Shown here piece by piece: positions 49,523-59,475 of a stretch of 64,000 bases of DNA. Source of the stretch: a candidate division WOR-3 bacterium (GTDB lineage Bacteria > Hydrothermota > Tepidihabitantia > SM23-42 > JAOAFX01). The translations under genes and the position numbers were made by a program. The notes beneath the pieces are model-generated. The model ran no database searches. It worked only from the letters and a program-made list of their open reading frames with translations, and was not told the origin of the DNA. Position 1 is the stretch's first letter. The number at the start of each line of letters is the position of its first letter. Location: contig JBDRVV010000013.1 of NCBI GenBank assembly GCA_039802005.1, positions 1,385 through 65,384 on the forward strand, written 5' to 3'.

Positions 49523-51052
49523 TTACTCCGCAATTTTGCTTAAATCCCTAAAATATTCCCTGACTGCCGGATAGAGTGCCCTGTATAATTTGTAGCATTT
49601 TTGATATATTTCCGCATTTTTATCCGGTTTTGTAATTCCTGTCTCATAGATTGTCTTTCTGCAACCTTCTTTTGCATCCTTATAGACCCCGGTTCCCACA
49701 CCGGCAAGGAGTGCGGCGCCGAATGCGGCGCCCTCGGTTGCATTCACAGTTACAATATCAAGGTTAAAGACATTCGCCATTATCTTACGCCATAACAAAG
49801 ATTTTGCACCACCACCTGATACCCGAACCCGTTTGAATCTTATTCCCATACCATTTAATAATTCAAGGCAGTCCTTTAAACCAAATGTTATACCTTCAAT
49901 CACCGCTCGTGTCAGATGGGGTCTGCTGTGTTTCAATGATAATCCAAAGAATACGCCACGGGCATAGGGGTCAGGATGGGGTGTCCTTTCACCGGAAAGA
50001 TAAGGGAGAAAGAGCAGCCCTTCAGCACCAGGTGGAATTGTGCCAGCCTCTTTAGTAATCAAATCATAGATATCAATCCTCACTTTTTCGGCATAGCGTT
50101 TCTCATTTTTGTATAATAAATCCCTGCACCATCTCAGGCTTCCTCCAGCAGAAAGCATCACACCCATCAAATGCCACATATCAAATGTAGCATGGCAATA
50201 GGTGTGTAATCTTCCGGTTGAATCATATTGATATCTATCAATCGCCGCAAATACAACACCGGATGTACCAATTGTTACGGATACAGTGCCGGGTTCATAG
50301 ATCCCGGTTCCGATTGCCTGCGCCGCCTGGTCACCAGCACCGGCAATGACCGGTGTACCTTGTTTTAAGCCGGTCAATTTTGCGGCTGATTTGCTAATAT
50401 ATCCGCATACCGCCGGTGATTCAAAAATAGGTGGCAACCAGTCTCTATTTATCTTCAGTCCGTTTATGATTTGTTCTGACCAGTCTCTCTTTGCGACATC
50501 AAATAGACAGGTTCCTGAGGCATCTGCAACATCCATACCAAGGTTTCCAGTGAGTTTGAATCGCACATAATCTTTGGGCAAAAGGATATGGGCAATTCTT
50601 TTATAGATTTCTAACTCATTATTCTTTACCCACAGGATTTTACCTGCAGTAAAACTTGGCAGGCAGGGTTTTCCAGCAATCTTAATCATCCTTTCTGGAC
50701 CAATAAGTGAATTTATTTCTTCACACTCTTTTACTGTGCGCTGGTCATTCCAGAGGATACAATTTCTTAAAACACTTTTTTTATTATCAAGGATGACCAA
50801 CCCGTGCATCTGTCCGGTCAGTCCGATTCCTGCGATATGGTTCGGATTGGTGCGGGATTTTTTTAATACCTGTGTTATTCCCTTTATTGTCGCCTTCCAC
50901 CAGTCTCCGGGATTCTGCTCAGACCAATTTGGTTTTGGTATGTATACAGGATATTCGTTTGTAGAAGTGGCTATAATTTTACCATCCGGAGCGAGCAAAA
51001 CAACCTTGGCTCCGGTCGTGCCAATATCAATCCCCAGCAATAACTCTTTCAT
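49523..51052 (-). CDS. xylB: FGGY carbohydrate kinase, xylulokinase-like
   Basis: LGIDIGTTGAKV with XylB-like length and motifs. Confidence 0.75.
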   Translation of the reverse strand: MKELLLGIDIGTTGAKVVLLAPDGKIIATSTNEYPVYIPKPNWSEQNPGDWWKATIKGITQVLKKSRTNPNHIAGIGLTGQMHGLVILDNKKSVLRNCILWNDQRTVKECEEINSLIGPERMIKIAGKPCLPSFTAGKILWVKNNELEIYKRIAHILLPKDYVRFKLTGNLGMDVADASGTCLFDVAKRDWSEQIINGLKINRDWLPPIFESPAVCGYISKSAAKLTGLKQGTPVIAGAGDQAAQAIGTGIYEPGTVSVTIGTSGVVFAAIDRYQYDSTGRLHTYCHATFDMWHLMGVMLSAGGSLRWCRDLLYKNEKRYAEKVRIDIYDLITKEAGTIPPGAEGLLFLPYLSGERTPHPDPYARGVFFGLSLKHSRPHLTRAVIEGITFGLKDCLELLNGMGIRFKRVRVSGGGAKSLLWRKIMANVFNLDIVTVNATEGAAFGAALLAGVGTGVYKDAKEGCRKTIYETGITKPDKNAEIYQKCYKLYRALYPAVREYFRDLSKIAE

Positions 51053-52200
51053 TTAATTTTGAGTCTGGGCAATTCTGGTAATATCTCCGGTCTCAATGCC
51101 CTCATTCGTATCAGGTATGCCTCAATCCAGCCACGTGCCTTATCAGGATTATTGATTGCATACACTATTGATTCATGGTCAAGTTCATTTATCCGGTCAT
51201 TTGCGGACCTTATTGCATCAATAGAAATCTTTATTGCGGTTTGGACATCCACCCTTTCTGGATTTATATCAATCCCGAACCATCCATTGTATGAATGCAT
51301 CTTTAAGACATATAAGAGTGCCTCAAATTGCTCGGGTGAGACGACCCCGATATTCAAATCCTGGTCAAAATTTCCAAGGGGCTGGCTATTGAGATGCATA
51401 TGGGCAAGTCGGGCTTCGCTCAAGGGTAGTGAATAGGCATAGGCGAGGTCTTCATAAGCCATAAGTGCATGTCCAACTTCCGGATTCATACAGCACAACT
51501 TATGCCCCTGTTTCAATAATACAAGGTTCTTTTTGTTCTTTAAAAGGGATTCCACTTTGTGGCACAAGAGCAAACCTTCTGCAGTGGTGCCAAAAAGTAT
51601 TCTGCCCCGTGGCTCATAAGGTTTTGGTTCAAATGCAATCCGCACACCCGGGACTGTATCCATTGCTTGTGCAAGCCCCTGGGCAAATCTATCCCACATT
51701 TGAAAGAAATCAATCCCGAATGGATTTTCATAACCATCAATACCGGGCCAGACAACCGCAAAATCCGTATCAAGTTCTTTATTCAAGCGTAGGGTTTCTA
51801 TGGTAAGTTCAATCGCCTTTTTCCGGTATTTTTCTATGGGATTTGACAGAGAGCCGAATTCAAAATCCTTATCCCGGAATAAAAGGGGGACGATTGTGAC
51901 GAGTTTCATTCCAGTTGACCTCAAAAATTTCTTCCACAATTCAAGATTTTTTTCGTTTATTTCATTGGGATAATGTGCCTCAATGCCGGTAAGTCCATAA
52001 TCCAAAAGCTTATCAGCGATATCAAGCCGTTTTTTTATACTTAACTCTTTTTTATATTTATCATGAAATCTTGAGTCCGGGGGAGAGAAATACCAGATAC
52101 CTGCGGAAAATTTTAAATTGAGTTTAAAATTTTTCAAATGTTGAATGAGTTCTTTTGGGCTCCGGCGTTTTGCCTGTTCCCGCAGATCAACAATTGCCAT
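51049..52200 (-). CDS. xylA: Xylose isomerase
   Basis: FEPKPYEPR signature. TIM-barrel sugar isomerase length. Confidence 0.75.
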   Translation of the reverse strand: MAIVDLREQAKRRSPKELIQHLKNFKLNLKFSAGIWYFSPPDSRFHDKYKKELSIKKRLDIADKLLDYGLTGIEAHYPNEINEKNLELWKKFLRSTGMKLVTIVPLLFRDKDFEFGSLSNPIEKYRKKAIELTIETLRLNKELDTDFAVVWPGIDGYENPFGIDFFQMWDRFAQGLAQAMDTVPGVRIAFEPKPYEPRGRILFGTTAEGLLLCHKVESLLKNKKNLVLLKQGHKLCCMNPEVGHALMAYEDLAYAYSLPLSEARLAHMHLNSQPLGNFDQDLNIGVVSPEQFEALLYVLKMHSYNGWFGIDINPERVDVQTAIKISIDAIRSANDRINELDHESIVYAINNPDKARGWIEAYLIRMRALRPEILPELPRLKIK

Positions 52201-52225
52201 TTAACCTCCTGGGTTTTTGAAAAAA

Positions 52226-53563
52226 TTAAATTTGCAAGAGCTCTTTTGCTTGATCTATCAATCCTTTTGCCTTTCTCTTATCATTTGCCTCAGCAATTAT
52301 ACGGACAATCGGTTCGGTATTTGATGGACGGATATGGATCCATTCATTCCTTGTGGTTATTCTGATACCATCGGTAAGGTCAACTTTACCCTTGAATTGT
52401 TTTAAAATCAATTCTTTCTTTTTCTCAAAATCTTTAGTTGAGATATCAACCTTGTCTTTGAGCATAAAATAATCAGGATAAGATTTTACTATTTCTGAAA
52501 TTTTTTTATTACTCTTTTTAAGCATTGCTAAAATTATACCGGCGCCGGTCAATGCATCACGGGTGCGATTTATCTTGGGATATATCACACCACCATTCCC
52601 TTCGCCACCAATCACTGCCTTTACTTCATTCATCTTTGATACTACATTTGCCTCACCGACCTTTGCGCGATATACTGGACATTTGTGCTTACGGGCAATG
52701 TATTCAATCAAACTTGATGTAGAAAGATTTGTAGCAACTGGTCCTTTTTCTTTGTTTAATATAAAATCCGCAGCAAGGGCAAGGGTTTTTTCTTCGCCAA
52801 TCGCATTTCCTTTTTCATCAACGATTGACAGCCTATCTCCATCCGGGTCAAGGGCAAGACCCAGATCAAGGTTATATCTTTTTACAAGTTCGCATAATTT
52901 GGTGATATGTTCAGGCGTTGGTTCCGGTGGTCTTGGAAAGCGTGGTTTGAAATTACAATGTATTTTATACACCTTACAACCCGCCATTTCAAGGAGCGAA
53001 GGCAGGGCTTTTGAACCCGCACCACAAACTGCATCAACGCCAATTTTCAATCCGAGTTTTTTTAATTTAAAATGATTGATTATTTCTTTTATGTGTTCTT
53101 CATAAGGATTTTTATAATCAGTGCATTCACCAAAATAGCCCATAAACTCAATTATCTTATCAGGGTAAAGGTCAAAAAAATCAATAAATACTGAAAATCT
53201 TCTGAATTCCTGTTCATTAATAAATTCACCCCTTGAGGTAATAAATTTTATCCCATTCCATTCCGGTGGGTTATGACTGGCAGTTGCGACCGCTCCACCA
53301 TCTGCCTTTAGTTTCTTGACCATAAAGACGACTGTTGGTGTGGGAACAATCCCGAGGTCTATTACATTACATCCCATCATATTAAATCCATCTATGACAC
53401 CACCACCTATCTGTGAATGTGAATCTCTTGCATCATATCCCACAACCAATTTTTTTGCATTTAAGAAGAATGCATATACCTGTGCATAGAAACCAGCGCT
53501 TGCATATCCTAAATCCTTAAACGCAATCCCTCTCAATCCTGAGACAGAAAAAATTCTTGGCAT
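52226..53563 (-). CDS. Phosphomannomutase/phosphoglucomutase
   Basis: TASHNPPEWNG active-site Ser motif. Confidence 0.8.
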   Translation of the reverse strand: MPRIFSVSGLRGIAFKDLGYASAGFYAQVYAFFLNAKKLVVGYDARDSHSQIGGGVIDGFNMMGCNVIDLGIVPTPTVVFMVKKLKADGGAVATASHNPPEWNGIKFITSRGEFINEQEFRRFSVFIDFFDLYPDKIIEFMGYFGECTDYKNPYEEHIKEIINHFKLKKLGLKIGVDAVCGAGSKALPSLLEMAGCKVYKIHCNFKPRFPRPPEPTPEHITKLCELVKRYNLDLGLALDPDGDRLSIVDEKGNAIGEEKTLALAADFILNKEKGPVATNLSTSSLIEYIARKHKCPVYRAKVGEANVVSKMNEVKAVIGGEGNGGVIYPKINRTRDALTGAGIILAMLKKSNKKISEIVKSYPDYFMLKDKVDISTKDFEKKKELILKQFKGKVDLTDGIRITTRNEWIHIRPSNTEPIVRIIAEANDKRKAKGLIDQAKELLQI

Positions 53564-53596
53564 GAATTATTATATAAAAAAAATAAAAAATGTCAA

Positions 53597-55471
53597 TTAA
53601 ACAGATTGAGAATCAGGAGGAAGGATGGTTGGCGGTGGTATTACAAGATTTATATCTTCCAATTTTACATTACCCTGTTTACTTACCCTCAGAATTATTG
53701 CCTGATACGGTTTGAATTGTAAATTTATTTCGTTTCGGTGCCCTGCATAATTTATTACAATTTTTATATTCATATCGGTTTCACAGAAAGATTGCCCGTA
53801 ACGCATTGGATAGGTTATTGACCTTGTCATTGGATGGCTGAAGAAAAGTATGAGTTCATCATCCACTTGCCGACACCAGAATTCAGGTATAAAAGATCCC
53901 TCAATCAATGGTGGTTTTTGTGCGGTCTTCTGTAATATCCCGCTCACACTTTTCTGAGAAAAGAGTTCTCTGAGAAGGTCGTCATATCTTTTATCTTTGT
54001 TAAAACCAGGCTGGCTCGGTTTTTTTATGATACATATCGGACAACCCATTTTTGCAAGTTTTATTAAATTTTGTAATGCCTTAATATCAAGCCAGTCAAG
54101 TTCAATATACAAAAAGTCAAAATCCATTCGTCCGATTTTCAGACGGCCATCAGTATATTCTGAATTTTCAAGGAAATGATTGGTCACCCATATTGGTCTG
54201 AATCCTCTTAAATCTTCAGGAAATTTTACATACTGCAATTCCCAGTGGTAACGGGCGCTCGGACGCTGTAGTTCCTCAGGCAGTTCATTCTGTATCCATG
54301 TATCTTCAAGGGGTAGGTAGACTGCAACCGGACCATAAGGCTTTCCTGAACGCATCAAATTACTCACCTTTTCAAGATATTGATTGAAATCAGGAAGTTC
54401 TTTTACAAAATTGCAATTCGGTCCGGTATGGACTGTAGCATAAAACCGATTTTTGCCACCAGGTGGGTTATAAGGCATCCCGTGCCAGACAATGAAATTT
54501 ATTCCGTTGGCAAAAAGCGCATCAGCAAGGAGTTTCAAATCCGCAATCTGCTCTTTTTCCTGATATGGACCGGGACCAGGATAAGGTAGCCAGCCATAGA
54601 TACAGGTAAATGCTTCAGCCGAGACTATATCTTTACCGCTCAATGCACCGGCTGAGGCAGGAATCTGGGAAAAGTGGGGGTCAAATAGCAATGACTCACT
54701 CTCGGGCACATCCACGACTGAATACGCTGCAAGTAGATCGGCCGGTGCACCATGACATTGGACACGGGAGACACAATCGAGTCTGTGGCATATTTCGGTA
54801 AATGGTAAGTAAAATTCATTGATAACCAATCGGGAAATGAGTTTGCGATAATCATAACGCACCGATTGTCTTTTGCTCAAATCCCTGATATACAATCTTA
54901 TATCGTAACCAAATTCATCCATAAACAAATTTTCAAATCCATCAGTCCATAACAATTCGGTATCCACTTCCCAGGAATCACAGAATAATGCCGAAGGGCT
55001 TATTTTTAATGCGGGCTCAAGTGCCCTGCCCATTTTTTCGGCGTACCTTTCAAGGGCATAGTGGTCAAGATGGTTCAAGATGAAACCCTGTTTTGAATGG
55101 GCAATCTCCCAGGATTTTTCCAGACGCTGGGGAGATAGTCCATAAAAATTCTTTGCCGCATCCTTTTCATCAATAAATGAACCACCAAAGGGCCATGAAG
55201 TTCCAAAGGTAAAATCGCAACCCAGACCAATATTTGTAGCATATTCTTTGGCAAAGGCGACGACCCTACTCCATTCTTCAGAGAGCCATTCTGGTCCGGG
55301 CTCAGAATTGGGCAGGGGATACATAAAAGCGATTTCCACACCACCGAAGTTATTTTTCTTACACCAGTCAAGTTGATATTTGACTACTTCTGGCTCAATC
55401 TTTCCAGAAAACCACCACCAGCGGACATAGGGTTTGGAATTTTTGTAAACTTCTTTTACCGCGCTCATCAA
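53597..55471 (-). CDS. Hypothetical glycoside-hydrolase-like protein (first gene of the sugar operon)
   Basis: ORF carrying a YVRWWWFSG segment. The hydrolase call rests on genomic context only. Confidence 0.4.
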   Translation of the reverse strand: MMSAVKEVYKNSKPYVRWWWFSGKIEPEVVKYQLDWCKKNNFGGVEIAFMYPLPNSEPGPEWLSEEWSRVVAFAKEYATNIGLGCDFTFGTSWPFGGSFIDEKDAAKNFYGLSPQRLEKSWEIAHSKQGFILNHLDHYALERYAEKMGRALEPALKISPSALFCDSWEVDTELLWTDGFENLFMDEFGYDIRLYIRDLSKRQSVRYDYRKLISRLVINEFYLPFTEICHRLDCVSRVQCHGAPADLLAAYSVVDVPESESLLFDPHFSQIPASAGALSGKDIVSAEAFTCIYGWLPYPGPGPYQEKEQIADLKLLADALFANGINFIVWHGMPYNPPGGKNRFYATVHTGPNCNFVKELPDFNQYLEKVSNLMRSGKPYGPVAVYLPLEDTWIQNELPEELQRPSARYHWELQYVKFPEDLRGFRPIWVTNHFLENSEYTDGRLKIGRMDFDFLYIELDWLDIKALQNLIKLAKMGCPICIIKKPSQPGFNKDKRYDDLLRELFSQKSVSGILQKTAQKPPLIEGSFIPEFWCRQVDDELILFFSHPMTRSITYPMRYGQSFCETDMNIKIVINYAGHRNEINLQFKPYQAIILRVSKQGNVKLEDINLVIPPPTILPPDSQSV

Positions 55472-55700
55472 AACTTATTATACACCTATTTATCCTGGTG
55501 TCAAGGAAAATACCTCTTACTTTTCCTCTCCTATATATTTTTATTATCTTCTAAACTGACTATTGATTTGTAATCAAAAATGATTACAATTGTTATCAAA
55601 AAAGGTGTCAAGATATGGATCCTGTAAAGAAGATTTTGGGTAATCTCAGTGTGTAAGATTTCTTAAATAATCAACATGGATAATCCAAAAATATTTTTGA

Positions 55701-56178
55701 TTGGAGACGATAATGACTTACGATGAATTTATTGCGGCTTATCTTGCCAAGGGCTTGATAAAGAAACAAAAAGCAGATTTAAAGGAAGTGGTGAAGGTTC
55801 TTAAAAGAGCCCGAATTGACTTGAAAATTGCAAAGGTTAATATCGAGATTGATGAAGGCATCGTCTATTCGGTTGCATATCTTGCTATGCTTAGAGCGGG
55901 GCGGGCATTGATGTTATTCAAAGGATTCCGTCCTGACGATGGCAATCAACATAAGACTGTAGTGGAGTTTACTGCATATTATTTTGGGTAATAAATTTAA
56001 GACGCTCGTTGCACATTTTGACCGAATGAGGCGCAAGCGTAATATATTTATGTACGATATTGAAGTATCCATATCTGGCTCAGAGGCGAATACAGTTTTT
56101 GAGACAGCGGTAGAATTCGTTAATCTGATAGAAAAAAAGATTAAAGAAGAACAACCACAAATAGAACTTGAATTTTAG
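55701..56178 (+). pseudogene. HEPN-domain protein gene split by a 1-nt frameshift at a T4G3 run (55984-55990)
   Basis: ORFs 55701..55991 and 55984..56178 are adjacent in frames +0/+1. Together they make ~155 aa with an HEPN-like helical hairpin and an R...RN...Y segment. Confidence 0.45.
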
Positions 56179-56615
56179 TTAAAATTATCAAATTGAGATA
56201 AACATCTCGCCCGTTTTGTCCGCAAGAAAGAGTGGCGGACTTTTCAGTTCAGGGCGGGACACCCTGCGGACTAACTACTTTTAAAATGGAGAATGCATAC
56301 ATCCCATTCACTTCAATAGTTTTTTTGATAAATCATTACGCCAATGGCATAATGACGGAATAGTGTATTCTGTAGAGACCGGTAAACCAAATTCCATTAT
56401 TCCAGAATTCTGGAATAATGGAATGGTAGAATAAGGCGTCGGGTGATAATAGATAATGATGCAGTTTTGAATTATCTCTTCAGAAAAGGATATTGGAATT
56501 CAGAATTGCACAATTGTGCAATTGTCAAATTGTCAAACGGCAATATCGTTGGGCAATTTTCACCGCCGGCAGGTTACTTTGGGGACTGGATAAATAAAGA
56601 AAGAAAATAAAAAAA

Positions 56616-56645
56616 ACGCCCACGCCTTCAGGCGTGGGCGTTAAA
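56616..56645. terminator. Bidirectional rho-independent terminator AACGCCCACGCCttcaGGCGTGGGCGTT, flanked by A8 and T-rich runs
   Basis: Perfect 12-bp stem and 4-nt loop between convergent genes. Confidence 0.75.
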
Positions 56646-56660
56646 TCAAGAAGTGACATG

Positions 56661-58067
56661 CTAAGATGGATTCAAAATCTTATCTTTATTGAATCCGATT
56701 TTAGATACAATGTTTTTAATCTTTCCTTTTTTCTCCAGTTCTTCTTCTGCAGACTTAACTAATAGCGTCATAGGCAATTCTGATAGTCTTCGCTCGGCAA
56801 ACTCTACCAGTGCCCTCAAAACAGCATTTTTTATCTCACCGCCAGTTAAATCAAATCTGTAACCCAGTTCTTCAAAATGCACATCTTTCGCAAGGGGAAT
56901 TTTAGCCGGTATCAATACTCTCCATATCTTACTCCGCTCTACGGGAGCTGGGTTTTCAAATTTTACTTTAAAGATTATTCTTCTCTCAAATGCCTCATCA
57001 ATTGCAAACTCGCGATTTGTGGTTAATATTACAACCCCTTCAAATCGTTCTAATTTTTGCATCAGAATGTTGGTCATAAAGTTATGCATCCGGTCAGTGG
57101 AAAATGTCTCCGTCATTCTTTGGCCAAATAAGGCATCGGCCTCATCAAATACAAGTACACAATTAAATATCTTGGCTTCTTCAAATACATAGTCAACCGC
57201 TTTTTCTGAATCACCCACCCAGCGGGAAAGAATACTGGAGTATTGCACGATGCCAATCTTTTTCTTTAGTTCATAAGCAATTGCCTCACAGGTTGCCGTC
57301 TTTCCTGTTCCTGGTGGTCCGTAAAAAAGCATGGACACACCTCTGCCGTATTTTATTGTTGAATCCAAGCCCCACTTCTTGGTTAACTCTTTTAATAAAT
57401 ATGCCTGTTTCAATGCCCTTTTTATTGCCTCCTTTTTTTCCAGAGGAAGGACGATTTTGTCAAAAGATAGTAGTGGTTTACGAATTGTTAGTAAGTTTGC
57501 TTCTAATTTTTTTTCTTCATTTTTTGGAACATTTTTCTTTTTTGCCACAACGAAGTATTCAAAAATTTTTTGTAAATATGTTGGTTCTAATTTCACATAA
57601 CAGTTTAAGGGAAATGCATACCTCTCATCCTGTTCAACAATTATAAGCTTTTTACTTTCAAGGTTTTGAAAAATTGTATATTTTTCCAGAAAATATTCTG
57701 GTTCAATGTCAAGTAAACTGAGAATATCATAAATGGTAGTTTCACAATATTTTTCACTAAACTGCCGGAAAAATAAAATTATCAGCACATATTTCTCCTC
57801 TTTTTTAAGAGAGAATTTTTGGGCAGTTTCCTCAAAGGGAATTTGCATATCAGATTTTTTGGCAATTTCAAAGATGCCTTCTAATTCTTCTTCTGCCCTT
57901 CTTATCTCAGAATTTATTTCGCAAACAGCAAGTTTGACTTCTTCATAATCTTCAGCACTCCAAGACAGATGATTTACTAAATCCATCTTTTTTCTTAACC
58001 TTTCGGTGCAGAGTCTGTAGTATTGTAATCCTGCTCTCAAAAATTCTACTTTTATATTTTTATCCAT
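56661..58067 (-). CDS. Classical AAA-family ATPase with a ~250-aa N-terminal helical domain
   Basis: Walker A GPPGTGKT, Walker B VLVFDEAD, second region of homology TTNR...RR. AGGAGG RBS before the internal ATG (MDKNIK). Confidence 0.75.
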   Translation of the reverse strand: MDKNIKVEFLRAGLQYYRLCTERLRKKMDLVNHLSWSAEDYEEVKLAVCEINSEIRRAEEELEGIFEIAKKSDMQIPFEETAQKFSLKKEEKYVLIILFFRQFSEKYCETTIYDILSLLDIEPEYFLEKYTIFQNLESKKLIIVEQDERYAFPLNCYVKLEPTYLQKIFEYFVVAKKKNVPKNEEKKLEANLLTIRKPLLSFDKIVLPLEKKEAIKRALKQAYLLKELTKKWGLDSTIKYGRGVSMLFYGPPGTGKTATCEAIAYELKKKIGIVQYSSILSRWVGDSEKAVDYVFEEAKIFNCVLVFDEADALFGQRMTETFSTDRMHNFMTNILMQKLERFEGVVILTTNREFAIDEAFERRIIFKVKFENPAPVERSKIWRVLIPAKIPLAKDVHFEELGYRFDLTGGEIKNAVLRALVEFAERRLSELPMTLLVKSAEEELEKKGKIKNIVSKIGFNKDKILNPS

Positions 58068-58089
58068 ATATTTTCCTCCTTTTTCAAAA

Positions 58090-59466
58090 TTATTCTGGAG
58101 ATTCAAGATATAAAATTTCACCAAAGGGTGGAGTATTGTTTTCTCCACGTTCGGTTATAATCCATAAAACTGGATAATCTGGTTCCTTACTTTTATCCGG
58201 ATAACAAGCACAACCATCCGTAAAGAATATCACACCATCTATCGGTTGTGATAAGGTGTTGAGGAAGTCAAAAAATCCTCGGAAATCAGTTCCGCCTCCA
58301 CCCCTGAGTACCTTATGTTCAACAACCTTGTCGTAGATATCCTCATATTCAGCGATTTCTATTGGTCCGTAGACACTTGTGTCAACACAAACCATTGTTA
58401 TTTTTGTTTTAGTCCCGCTGAGGGTTGATGCCTCGCTCAAGAACCTTTTAAGTTGGTCATCGTTTATCGATCCTGAGGTATCTATCGCAATCACAATATG
58501 TCTATTTATTCCAACAGTACCTGGCAGTATCAATTCTGCTTCGCGTTTATTTTTTTTGTAAAATGAATAATCATCCATACCTTTTCCTATTCGGTATGCG
58601 AACATATCCAAAACTTCTCTTAAATCAAGTTTTGGTTTAAGCAAGCCGTCTACATATCGCTCCATCTCTCCGGGTTTATTACCGCGTGAGATGGACTTCG
58701 CGAAAATAGCTGCGCGGATTATCATTGTTTTTACCATTTGCTCCATTTTCTTAATCTCTGTCGGATTTAAGCTCCGGGGATCGGGTAAACGGCCACAGAT
58801 CTTTGAAGAGTTTGGAATTTTCAAATGCTCATAGATTTTCTGAATTTCATCAGCCAGTTGACTCCAGATAAAATGGATAGTATCGCTGTGACCAGGGGAG
58901 GACCCTTTGTGGTCATCAATGACGGATTCTTTGCCAACATTAGGGGGAGACCCTTCATTACGAGATTCACCGAGCTTTTTTAATAAATCAATAATTGCTT
59001 TTTCCAACACAAGTTTGTCAACTAAATCTGGAGGCAACATTCGGATTATTTCGTCATATATCTTCTCCGCAGACTGCCCGGCAAATTTTTCATTATACAA
59101 AGTTGAGGGCGGTAACCTCAAGGATAATTTATCTTTGATAATCGAGTTAATAGCATAATCTATTGCCAACATCCATACACTCCAGATTTTATTTCTACCC
59201 CTTCGGATATGGTCGAGTTGATTATGCAGGACTTCGTGGATGAAAATAACCAGATAATAGTCTCGATAATCTTTATATTGGCTCTTTGAAAAATAGTAAT
59301 GTTTACCGTCGGTAATTGCTGGGCAGTTGAATGGTAATTTATCTTTGATGATTATATTGCCCTGGAGTGCCCAGTATCCAAAATATGGATATTCTTTAAT
59401 TAGTATTGACCTTGTTTTTATCAGGTAAGCATACATTTCCTTCTCATTTAAGTTTTTCTCTTCCAT
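58090..59466 (-). CDS. VWA-domain protein with an N-terminal putative HExxH metallopeptidase domain (DUF2201/COG3864-like)
   Basis: HEVLH motif near the N-terminus. MIDAS motif DTSGS in the C-terminal VWA domain. Confidence 0.7.
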   Translation of the reverse strand: MEEKNLNEKEMYAYLIKTRSILIKEYPYFGYWALQGNIIIKDKLPFNCPAITDGKHYYFSKSQYKDYRDYYLVIFIHEVLHNQLDHIRRGRNKIWSVWMLAIDYAINSIIKDKLSLRLPPSTLYNEKFAGQSAEKIYDEIIRMLPPDLVDKLVLEKAIIDLLKKLGESRNEGSPPNVGKESVIDDHKGSSPGHSDTIHFIWSQLADEIQKIYEHLKIPNSSKICGRLPDPRSLNPTEIKKMEQMVKTMIIRAAIFAKSISRGNKPGEMERYVDGLLKPKLDLREVLDMFAYRIGKGMDDYSFYKKNKREAELILPGTVGINRHIVIAIDTSGSINDDQLKRFLSEASTLSGTKTKITMVCVDTSVYGPIEIAEYEDIYDKVVEHKVLRGGGGTDFRGFFDFLNTLSQPIDGVIFFTDGCACYPDKSKEPDYPVLWIITERGENNTPPFGEILYLESPE

Positions 59467-59475
59467 TCTACCTCC

